The notes: generated from the letters alone by a model not told the origin. DNA of 16,747 bases from Infirmifilum sp. (GCA_041287245.1 JBEULP010000023.1:1-16747); one strand, 5' to 3'; counted from the stretch's first letter, positions 1 through 7,391 are shown. Made by a program: numbers and translations.

Positions 1-39
1 GTTTTTACCGTTAAAGCGTAAGTTCAAAGGAAATGACCA

Positions 40-288
40 TTGGAAGCAAGGATGAAGAGGAATGCGCGTGCCTTTCTTCAACTGGCTAAATTCTCCTTAA
101 AACAAAGCTACTATGATATGGCGGCGTTCAATGCTGAGCAAGCAGCTTAACTTGCTTACCTGACGAGCAGATATTTTTACAAGTTCTTCGATAAGGAAGA
201 CAGGGAGTATCTTGTTTCACTATCCGAGAAGGTGATAAGATTCTGTGAGAAAATTAGACACAGCATGGGACAGGGCTCGTATTCTTAG
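40..288 (+). pseudogene. HEPN-domain protein pseudogene (HEPN-MNT toxin-antitoxin type), with an in-frame stop and an apparent internal deletion
   Basis: Frame-1 translation from 40: LEARMKRNARAFLQLAKFSLKQSYYDMAAFNAEQAA*LAYLTSRYFYKFFDKEDREYLVSLSEKVIRFCEKIRHSMGQGSYS*. 'YDMAAFNAEQAA(Q)L' and 'AY..SRY' are typical N- and C-terminal motifs of small archaeal HEPN proteins. TAA at 148-150 sits where Q (CAA) is expected, and the central part is missing. It overlaps the downstream MNT gene. Confidence 0.8.
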
Positions 289-592
289 GAATCGCGAAGT
301 GTTGCTGCTTAAGATAAAAGAAGCCGCCCGGGAGACACTGGGTTCAAACCTTATCGGTGTTTACCTGTTTGGAAGTGCAGTCACTGGTGAAATTATAGAC
401 TCCTCGGACGTCGACATTCTGATAGTTGCTAAAGGGCTGCCCCGATCCCTTGTTGAAAGATCTGAGTTAAAGGAGAGAATAATCGAAAAGTCTGGCTTGC
501 CGTTGATCCATCCATTTGAGATCCACCTGGTAGATGAAGATGAGGCTAAGATCTATTTCAGACATATCGGCGAAAAAATCCTTGAACTATAG
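245..592 (+). CDS. Minimal nucleotidyltransferase (MNT) domain protein, partner of HEPN
   Basis: 115 aa with 'VYLFGSAVTGE...SDVDILIV' (GS...DxD Pol-beta NTase motif) and C-terminal 'PFEIHLV'. GTG start overlaps the HEPN 3' end. Confidence 0.9.
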   Translation: MRKLDTAWDRARILRNREVLLLKIKEAARETLGSNLIGVYLFGSAVTGEIIDSSDVDILIVAKGLPRSLVERSELKERIIEKSGLPLIHPFEIHLVDEDEAKIYFRHIGEKILEL

Positions 593-612
593 CATAATAG
601 CCTGGGGAACAA

Positions 613-797
613 CTGACCCCGCCCTAGGGGGGTTCCTCTGTGTGGCTCACTGGTTTGTGGTCTGTCGGCTTCACCCTCACCGCCTTATTGCCAGCGGCTT
701 GAACTCGCCCCGCTCTGCCCGTCCAGCGGCAGGCTGTGCACCTGAGCATTACCCTAGTACCTCAGCGGGGCTCCCAGCTCCACGGAGACTCAGGGGT
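613..797 (-). ncRNA. Putative TnpB omega/reRNA scaffold (orphan)
   Basis: About 185 nt of GC-rich sequence directly 5' of the right-end TCAG, where TnpB omega-RNA scaffolds lie. A TTTTAA TATA-like box at 896-891 (minus) inside the element could drive it. The 5' boundary is uncertain. Confidence 0.5.
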
Positions 798-933
798 GGG
801 CGTCCAGTGCAGGGGACGCATAGAGGCTAGGCGTAGGCCCGCGGGGCGAGTACCCCGCACGACCCACTGGGCGCCCAACGTATTCGCGGCTTAAAATCAG
901 CCCGCCCTGAAAAGCGGGGCCTGCGTTATCTTT
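613..933 (-). mobile_element. Non-autonomous, internally deleted IS200/IS605-family (tnpB-type) element
   Basis: On the minus strand: left-end hairpin CAGG-CCCCGCTTTTCAGGGCGGG (923-901) and right end GAAC-CCCCCTAGGGCGGGG-TCAG (635-613). The GAAC/TCAG pair fits the IS608-type guide/cleavage-site pairing rule. The interior blocks GGGTAATG...CCGCTGGACG...GAGCGGGG...GTGAGGGTGAAG...ACCACAAACC...GGAACC resemble, from recollection, the 3' ends of crenarchaeal tnpB elements. No transposase or TnpB ORF is present. The left boundary is approximate. Confidence 0.7.
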
Positions 934-965
934 GTCGTGAATCCGATGGGAGCCACTGCTCGTCA

Positions 966-3200
966 TTAGACTATGGGCTTTCCCGCTCTCTCTACGGATA
1001 TAGGCTTGAGCTTTAAGGATATGGTCTCGCCAAGCACTCTTGAGGCACGCTTTCGAGATAGTATCTTGTTGTTGTTTCCGCAGTACGGCGAGAATATGCA
1101 TCGTGGGCAGCCGTCTTCGCAGCTGCATTTCGATACTATGTCGTAAGCTTTAGATATAACCTCTTCTAGCCTGGAAAGCAGGGCTTTGGTCACACCCGAC
1201 CCGCCCGGGAAAGCGTCGTATATGTATATGTGGCCCGAGGGGAAGCTGATTCCACCCATGTCTGTCGGAGAAGCCCCGAGAACCAACTGGCCCGCGTAGA
1301 TTAGAGCGTGTTCGACCGCGTGAAAAGCCTCGGCGTTCTGCATCTCGCTCCACTCGGGGTAAGGCGGGAACTCGAGGAGTAAGCCCTTGGTAGAAAACCT
1401 ATAGGTTAACTCTTGCCCTAGAAGCCGCTGGTTTATCACTTGTCCTTCAGGAAAAGACTTTACTACGTACCCGTATACAACGTCGGTAACGGTGAGGTCA
1501 AGGTATGAAGCTTTGACGCCTAGAACCTCACGCTCGGTGTAACGCGTGCCTTCTTCAGGAAGAGTGTAGAAAAGGGGGGTGGTCGTCACAGGGGGCATTT
1601 TGCTGGGTAATAGCTTTACAATAGCCTTCTCGCCTTCAAACCTGACTGTAAGGTAGCTTCTACCGCCGTGCATGTAGATACTCCCCGGGAAGAGCTCTCG
1701 GATTGCCATCTGCTTCTCCCTATACCCTAGCAGCCGGCCAGTTTCCGAGAATATCCTTACCTGGTCGCCCACACCCCTCAGGTTCTCGTGTTCTCTGAGG
1801 AATGTTCTTCCAACCCTTGTAACCTGGATAAAACCTCCGCTTGAGAATTTAAGGTATCCTTGCCTTACAAGCTCCTCAAGCTGGCTCCTCTCCACAGGGT
1901 TTAACTCTTCAACCCTTAAAGGAGCGTCTAGAGCCATAGCCATAAGGTGGATTTTCGTCACCTCATAGTTCCCCGGCTCTAGGAAAACAGGATCAGGCTC
2001 CTGGCTGAAAAAGTCCTCGGGGTTCCTCTCGTAGTAGGCGCTTATAGGGTCGTCGCCGAGTACCAGGAAAACGAAGCCTACTCTGCTGCGCCTCCCCACC
2101 CTTCCCGCCCTCTGGAGATACTTCGAGTACGTCGGGGGTATTCCGTAGAGGATAGCGGAGTCAAGCTCGCCAATGTCTATACCCAGCTCGAGGGTAGGTG
2201 TGGCCACAATAGCGTCCAGTAGCCCACGCTTCAGCTGGCTCTCAACTTTCCTCCGCTCCTCGGGTAGGAGCCCAGCCCTGTGAACCGCCACTCTTAAACC
2301 CATGTTCAAGGCGCGTATTGCTAGTGACTCGGCGACGCGGTGGCTGTCTACGAATAAAATCGACTTTAACCCTTTCTCCGAGAGCTTCTGAAGCAGCCAG
2401 AGAGCCTCCGCTGAGCGGGACCTTGTCTTAGGCGAAAGCATAACGTGGTATATCGCTGCTTTTCTCGTCCTACCTGCGTCTACAACCTCGACAGGTTCGC
2501 CGAAAAGCTTCTCGGAGAACTCTGAGGGGTTTCCTATGGTAGCTGAGGCACCTATCATGACGGGGTTAGCCTTGAGAATCCTTTTTAGCCTTCTAAGAAC
2601 GTAGTGCACGTGGCTCCCGAATACGCCGCTGTAGATGTGAGCGTCGTCCATCACGATGAAACCGGTCTTCGAGAAAATTTCGTGGTAGGTGTGGCTCAGG
2701 TGAAGCGTAAGGTGGAGCATGTCTGGGTTTGTGACAATCACCTTAGGCGGGTAGGCGAGCAAACGCCTCCTCTCCGACTCAGGCGTGTCCCCGTCGAAAA
2801 CACCTAGGCGGAACCCGAAGGCCCGCCCAACATACCAGTCTATCCTTTCAAGCTGGTCGCGTGCGAGTGCCTTGGTAGGGTAGACGAGAAGAGCAAGGCT
2901 GTCCTCTCCTTGAAGTAGTTTTTCGAGTACGGGTAAGAGAAAAGCCTCGGTCTTTCCTACTCCTGTGCCCGCAACTATGAAAACATTCCTCCCCTCCCTT
3001 ATCTTCCCAATGGCCTCCCACTGGAACCGGTATAGCCTGGAAATCCCCCTGGCCCTTAGAGACTCTAGTAGTACAGGGTTTGTGATGACCTCCTCTACCC
3101 GAGGCCCCGGCTCAGGCTCGCGGGCCTCCTCATAATAAGTGTAGACCACGCGGTGACCGTTGTCGTTGCGGATGAGGTCTAAGATATCGCTACCATACAC
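966..3200 (-). CDS. SF2 DEAD/DEAH-box helicase with C-terminal DUF1998 Zn-binding domain (Hrq1/MrfA/SftH-like)
   Basis: 744 aa. Motif I AGTGVGKT, Ia YPTKALARDQ, TNPDMLH, motif II DDAHIYSGVFGS, SAT, ATPTLELGIDIG, QRAGRVGR. C-terminal HAVEH, YDAFPGGSG and CSCEDGCPRC. Confidence 0.92.
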   Translation of the reverse strand: MYGSDILDLIRNDNGHRVVYTYYEEAREPEPGPRVEEVITNPVLLESLRARGISRLYRFQWEAIGKIREGRNVFIVAGTGVGKTEAFLLPVLEKLLQGEDSLALLVYPTKALARDQLERIDWYVGRAFGFRLGVFDGDTPESERRRLLAYPPKVIVTNPDMLHLTLHLSHTYHEIFSKTGFIVMDDAHIYSGVFGSHVHYVLRRLKRILKANPVMIGASATIGNPSEFSEKLFGEPVEVVDAGRTRKAAIYHVMLSPKTRSRSAEALWLLQKLSEKGLKSILFVDSHRVAESLAIRALNMGLRVAVHRAGLLPEERRKVESQLKRGLLDAIVATPTLELGIDIGELDSAILYGIPPTYSKYLQRAGRVGRRSRVGFVFLVLGDDPISAYYERNPEDFFSQEPDPVFLEPGNYEVTKIHLMAMALDAPLRVEELNPVERSQLEELVRQGYLKFSSGGFIQVTRVGRTFLREHENLRGVGDQVRIFSETGRLLGYREKQMAIRELFPGSIYMHGGRSYLTVRFEGEKAIVKLLPSKMPPVTTTPLFYTLPEEGTRYTEREVLGVKASYLDLTVTDVVYGYVVKSFPEGQVINQRLLGQELTYRFSTKGLLLEFPPYPEWSEMQNAEAFHAVEHALIYAGQLVLGASPTDMGGISFPSGHIYIYDAFPGGSGVTKALLSRLEEVISKAYDIVSKCSCEDGCPRCIFSPYCGNNNKILSRKRASRVLGETISLKLKPISVERAGKPIV

Positions 3201-3236
3201 ATCAGGTTAATAGCAAACCTTGTTATAAAACCTGAG
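3201..3236. promoter_or_regulatory. Compact bidirectional promoter (helicase / MBL operon)
   Basis: 36-bp gap between divergent starts. GGTTAATA (3205-3212) lies ~25-32 nt before ATG 3237, and TTTTATAA (minus, 3230-3223) lies ~23-30 nt before GTG 3200. The gap is flanked by the inverted repeat TCAGGTT...AACCTGA. Confidence 0.6.
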
Positions 3237-3932
3237 ATGATTAGAGAAATCCATCTAGACGTCCTCGTAGACGATATCCCAGCCGTTGAAGGCGTCCTAC
3301 CTCTACACGGCCTCTCGATAAACCTCGAAATTACATACAGCGACGGGTCCGGCAAGACGGTCCTCTTCGATACCGGGCCGAGCGCCAAGATACTAGACAG
3401 GAACGCCAGGGAGCTTGGCGTGGTTCTAAACCCTGATGTTGTATTTGGAAGCCTGCCTCACTTCCACCATATCGGGGGACTCCTATCATCCCTACGTGGA
3501 AAACCCAGAGTTCTGCCCCCGCCGCCTCTCACACCTCGAAAGGAGAGCGGTGTCCGTCCTCTCCCCGGGGTACCAGATGTCTTTGTATTGCAGGGCGATA
3601 CATATTGGAATGAGCAGGGGCTTGCTGTGAGGACTCGCAGGGGGTGGCTTGTAGTCCTAGGTTGTAGTATACACGGGCTTAGGAGAACTTTCGGCGGCGT
3701 ACTCGCAGAGCTTGGAGAGATATGGGGGTTAGTCGGAGGGTTAAACATTTCGACCCGAGACAGTGTAAATATTAGATTCCTCGAGAAGATTTCGAGAAGG
3801 GGATTAGAGCTTGTTATGCCCCTGCACTCGGTGAGTATGGAGGCCAGGAAAACAATATTAGAGGGTATAAACAGGTTTGACTTCGGCTACGAGGTAAGTG
3901 GGTGTGGCGTCCAGTCCGATTTTAGTTTCTAG
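3237..3932 (+). CDS. Metallo-beta-lactamase-fold protein (HGLS/DTG/GCSH subfamily) with a non-canonical metal motif
   Basis: 'HGLSINLE', 'VLFDTG', 'SLPHFHHIGG' (in place of SHxHxDH), 'EQGL', 'LGCSIHG', 'VGGLN', 'PLHS'. Confidence 0.8.
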   Translation: MIREIHLDVLVDDIPAVEGVLPLHGLSINLEITYSDGSGKTVLFDTGPSAKILDRNARELGVVLNPDVVFGSLPHFHHIGGLLSSLRGKPRVLPPPPLTPRKESGVRPLPGVPDVFVLQGDTYWNEQGLAVRTRRGWLVVLGCSIHGLRRTFGGVLAELGEIWGLVGGLNISTRDSVNIRFLEKISRRGLELVMPLHSVSMEARKTILEGINRFDFGYEVSGCGVQSDFSF

Positions 3933-5049
3933 CGGAAACATAGCTTTCCTAGCAAGTGTAATCCTGTTATATGCTTTGATAGCTACCTTGCAGAAGTGGA
4001 AGCCTGAGAAGCTTGAGAGAAAAGGCGTGAAGCTAGAAGGATTAATAATCATGTATAGAACTGAGAGGCTTAACAGGGCTATAATCTCTATTGCACGAAG
4101 GCGCCCGAGACTATTAAGACTCTTCGGGGACCTGTCGGCCGTGGCAGGGCTAATTCTCATGTTCTACGGGTTAGCGTATTTTCACCAAAACCTAATCAAC
4201 TTTTGGAGGCAGCCGGAAATGGCTAGCCCTGTCGCCCCAGTTATACCAGGTATTACTCTCTCACTCGACGCCTTACCCTACTTCTTGGTAGCGGTCTTCC
4301 TTACCATACTGCCTCATGAGCTGGCCCACGCGCTCACAGCAGTAGCGGAAGACGTACCCTTGAAGTCCACGGGGCTTTTCCTAGCACTAGTATTTCCAGG
4401 TGGGTTTGCGGAGATCGATGAGGAAAGGCTCGGAAAGGCCTCGCTCCGAACTAAGCTACACGTCCTCTCATCTGGAAGCTTCACAAATATAGCATCTTTC
4501 TTTGTATTTGCTCTTCTCGCTATACTTCTAATACATCCTATAGGCGTCCGCATAGCATCTACTCTCCCAGGCTACCCCGCTGCCACCACATTAAAGGCTG
4601 GAGATATCATACTAGCGGTGGACGGTGTCTCTACGCAAAGCCTAGATGATTTCCAAAGAGTGCTCGCGTCTAAGAAACCTGGAGAAAGCGTCGAGTTAAA
4701 GGTTCAGCGAGGAGGAGAAGTATTGAACCTTACCCTCAAACTAGCACCCAGACCTGACAATACGTCTAGAGGGTTTCTAGGCGTTCAGATACAGCAGGCT
4801 GTTAGCAGCTATGAACTCTACAACCTGTTGTTCTGGTGTATGGTGCTTTCCTCGAGTGTAGCGATAATAAACATGCTTCCGATCCTCCCACTGGATGGTG
4901 GGAGGGTTTTCCAAGCGCTTATTGAGAAGATCATGTCTCCAGAGGGGGCTAAGAGGGTGACTATGGCGATCACCGCTTACACGGCTATAATAATACTCCT
5001 GAACATTGTCTTTTCGACAAACATTTATGGGTTTGTTCCCTTCCCATAA
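3898..5049 (+). CDS. Site-2 intramembrane zinc metalloprotease (peptidase M50) with PDZ domain
   Basis: HELAH zinc motif, 'GGFAEIDEE', PDZ segment 'YPAATTLKAGDIILAVDG...RGFLGV', 'NMLPILPLDGG', several TM helices. GAGGT SD-like sequence at 3891-3895. The start could be GTG 3898 or 3904. Confidence 0.92.
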   Translation: MGVASSPILVSSGNIAFLASVILLYALIATLQKWKPEKLERKGVKLEGLIIMYRTERLNRAIISIARRRPRLLRLFGDLSAVAGLILMFYGLAYFHQNLINFWRQPEMASPVAPVIPGITLSLDALPYFLVAVFLTILPHELAHALTAVAEDVPLKSTGLFLALVFPGGFAEIDEERLGKASLRTKLHVLSSGSFTNIASFFVFALLAILLIHPIGVRIASTLPGYPAATTLKAGDIILAVDGVSTQSLDDFQRVLASKKPGESVELKVQRGGEVLNLTLKLAPRPDNTSRGFLGVQIQQAVSSYELYNLLFWCMVLSSSVAIINMLPILPLDGGRVFQALIEKIMSPEGAKRVTMAITAYTAIIILLNIVFSTNIYGFVPFP

Positions 5050-5062
5050 CGGTGTTGATGAC

Positions 5063-5509
5063 ATGCATAGCGAGACGCTTGAGACGATAACCCCGATAGT
5101 CTTCCCAGTTCTCATAGCCTCTTTCTTCACGTTTGTTCCTATCGAGAATTTTCTCAGCGCCTACCCCGTACCGCTAAGCTTCACCTGGTATGCACCGTGG
5201 AGAGGCGCTCTTGTAGCTCTCATCCTATGGCTTGGAAGCGGCGCCTTGTACAGTGACAAGTACTACTGGATTAAGCTTTTCTTCCTAGGCTCAGCGGCTG
5301 GTTTCGTCTTTTTCCACTACTGGCATCTCTACATAGTCTCACGGTTTGCTTTTGTACGGCTCTACCCTGTAGTGTATTTTGTTGGGAACAGTCCCCCGAT
5401 AGCTGACCTTGGACAGATCGTCGTAGCCTTGACTCTCATAGCTTTTAGAAGAGAACTGACCTCCTCCCCTGCGCGCGCGAAGAAAAGTAAAGAAACTACC
5501 GGCAGGTAA
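5063..5509 (+). CDS. Hypothetical integral membrane protein (~148 aa, about 4 TM segments)
   Basis: Hydrophobic ORF directly after the S2P stop. GGTG at 5051-5054 precedes ATG 5063, which is preferred over the track start at 5006 that overlaps S2P. Basic C-terminal tail. Confidence 0.7.
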   Translation: MHSETLETITPIVFPVLIASFFTFVPIENFLSAYPVPLSFTWYAPWRGALVALILWLGSGALYSDKYYWIKLFFLGSAAGFVFFHYWHLYIVSRFAFVRLYPVVYFVGNSPPIADLGQIVVALTLIAFRRELTSSPARAKKSKETTGR

Positions 5510-5511
5510 TT

Positions 5512-6837
5512 CTACTTGAGCATTTTTTCTTCAAGCTCTCGAAGGTAGTTTGAGGACTCCCTAGTACTTATGAAGAGCTGGGAAACCTCTATGACGTCCT
5601 CCCTAGACACCTTCTCGCGACCCTTCCGCCTGGCGAGAATACTAGCGGGGGTTAGGAGCTGCGTAGAGTACCTGAGGCTTCTCTCAGCGCCTAGCCTTAC
5701 AAGCTCCTCCAGGGCCTCATTGTCCAGGTCAACCCCCTCCTCACGAGCCCTGATCTTCAAGATCTCACGTATCTCATCCGGCGTATAAGGCCGAGTCCTT
5801 ATTATTAGAAGCCTGTCGAGAAGATCTAGGGGCATCCCGTGGGGCGCCTCGATATCGGTTCCGCGGATCCGAGTGTAACCCCTGTTAGTAGCTAGTATTA
5901 TGATGGGGCTTAGCTCGCTCTCCATGGCTCTGGATAGGAAGCTGTATGCCTCGATGTCCAGCATGTGCGCGTCATCGATGAACAGGACTCCAGGTATGAG
6001 TTCAGCCTTCTTCGACTCCACCCACTCCTTAACAGTCTTGTCTACGCGTGCTCTCACGTCTGGCGGTATCTCCTTCTGCGAAGGCGCCCCGAAAAATATG
6101 GAGAGTATACTGTCGCTACGGCTCTCCATCTCATCAAGGTTGTGCAGGGTTAGCGTGTAAACGAACTCCTTCTCCTTGTATATGGGACCCGTTGGTATAT
6201 CTACGATGTCTTTCGGCGTAACGTCGAACTCCCCATACCCCTTGGCCCGCCCTGCCCTAGACACTCTTCCCGTCTCCTCGTCTATCCAGATGACATCCCC
6301 TTCTGTGATGCCTCTCTGCAAGATCTGGTAGATGAGGTTCGAGTCAACCCTTAACGTCCTGGTCTCCTTGTCAGTCTTCAAGGTTATCGTTCCACCTACT
6401 GGAACCTGGGTGTAGGGGTTTAATGGGTGCCTGTCGTATCTGACGTCAAGCTTTTCGAGAACACCTTCGTAGACCCACCTCCTCTCACGTATCCTAACGC
6501 CTATAGACTTCCTCATGGCCTGCATGAGAACCTCGGTTTTCTTCAGCTCAGCAGAGTAGACCTCGCTTCCGGTTAGCGCCATGAAGGGTGTCTCAGACCC
6601 AAGCTCACGGGCAATTGCAACAGCTATAGCAGTCTTACCCGTGCCGGGCGGGCCAACTAGGAGTATCGCCCTCCCGGCCATCTTACCGGATTTTATAAGC
6701 TGAACTACAAGCCACGCTGCTTTACGAGCCTCTACCTGCCCTACTAGCCCGTCAGCTATGGGAAGTACTTCTCCATCCCTGATGCCTAGTCCTCTAATGT
6801 GACTGTGAGTCCCAACACGTTCGGTAACCGTCGACAT
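5512..6837 (-). CDS. tip49: TIP49 / RuvB-like AAA+ ATPase (archaeal RuvBL homolog)
   Basis: N-terminal 'HSHIRGLG', 'GLVGQVEARKAA', Walker A GPPGTGKT, 'GSEVYSAELKKTEVL', Walker B 'LFIDDAHMLDIE', 'ATNRG', 'PHGMPLDLLDRL', 'SLRY'. Confidence 0.95.
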   Translation of the reverse strand: MSTVTERVGTHSHIRGLGIRDGEVLPIADGLVGQVEARKAAWLVVQLIKSGKMAGRAILLVGPPGTGKTAIAVAIARELGSETPFMALTGSEVYSAELKKTEVLMQAMRKSIGVRIRERRWVYEGVLEKLDVRYDRHPLNPYTQVPVGGTITLKTDKETRTLRVDSNLIYQILQRGITEGDVIWIDEETGRVSRAGRAKGYGEFDVTPKDIVDIPTGPIYKEKEFVYTLTLHNLDEMESRSDSILSIFFGAPSQKEIPPDVRARVDKTVKEWVESKKAELIPGVLFIDDAHMLDIEAYSFLSRAMESELSPIIILATNRGYTRIRGTDIEAPHGMPLDLLDRLLIIRTRPYTPDEIREILKIRAREEGVDLDNEALEELVRLGAERSLRYSTQLLTPASILARRKGREKVSREDVIEVSQLFISTRESSNYLRELEEKMLK

Positions 6838-6863
6838 CGAAATGTTTTTTAAGAAGCGATGAT

Positions 6864-7283
6864 TTAAGCCTTTCTCCTCATCCTCACGTTGGGCTCCCAG
6901 TTGCTCTCATCCTCAATGGTTACCACTATGTCCTCGCTTAGGAGGCTGTCAACCTTTTTGAAGACCCACTTCTGGGCGGAGGGGAACCACACGGCTATGA
7001 CGGCCTCTCTCTTAGAGTACCTTTTAAACGCGTCTAGGAACCTGAAAAGCTTAGACACCTGGAACGCCTTGACCTTCACCTTCCTCCCAACCGTAGACTT
7101 GACCTCAAAGGCCACAATCCTATCCTCAAGGTTGTTTACGAGGAAAACGTCTGGGAAGCTCTCCCCGGCCCCGCTCACAGGAACCCTGAACACATGGTTC
7201 TCAGGGTTCGACGAAAACAGCTTTACAAGCCTGCGCTCAACGTTGAAAGCGCTCCTCCGCCTCGCGACAACAGCCCTCGACAC
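6864..7283 (-). CDS. Hjc/Hje-like archaeal Holliday junction resolvase (PD-(D/E)xK nuclease)
   Basis: 139 aa: 'VERRLV', 'RVPVSG', 'PDVF', 'FEVKST'. TTTTAAAA TATA box ~20-27 nt upstream of the GTG (7310-7303). Confidence 0.8.
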   Translation of the reverse strand: MSRAVVARRRSAFNVERRLVKLFSSNPENHVFRVPVSGAGESFPDVFLVNNLEDRIVAFEVKSTVGRKVKVKAFQVSKLFRFLDAFKRYSKREAVIAVWFPSAQKWVFKKVDSLLSEDIVVTIEDESNWEPNVRMRRKA

Positions 7284-7356
7284 AACAGCACAAAAACCAG
7301 CATTTTAAAAAACTTGGCTACTATTTCCAAGCAATAGACACGGAGACAGTGCTGTG

Positions 7357-7371
7357 GAAAACGAATTTAAG
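7357..7371 (+). promoter_or_regulatory. BRE + TATA promoter of the C/D sRNA
   Basis: GAAAACGA-ATTTAAG, with the TATA element 21-27 nt upstream of the sRNA 5' stem at 7392. Confidence 0.55.
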
Positions 7372-7391
7372 ACAACACGCGTCTTATGAAA

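Noticed and set aside
601..930. GC-rich structured region as RNase P RNA, SRP RNA or tRNA
   Set aside because: It lacks the paired RNase P P4 motifs, the SRP helix-8 motif and any tRNA cloverleaf. IS605-type end motifs explain it better.
534..1128. ORFs 534..830 (+) and 790..1128 (-)
   Set aside because: They overlap MNT, the helicase and the IS remnant, are Pro/Arg/Ala-rich and have no recognisable domain. The last part of 790..1128 may merely trace the tnpB leader.
5570..6160. Plus-strand ORFs inside tip49
   Set aside because: Ser-rich antisense shadows arising from codon usage.
6889..7308. 139-aa plus-strand ORF
   Set aside because: It is an antisense shadow of the Hjc-like gene, which carries the catalytic motifs.
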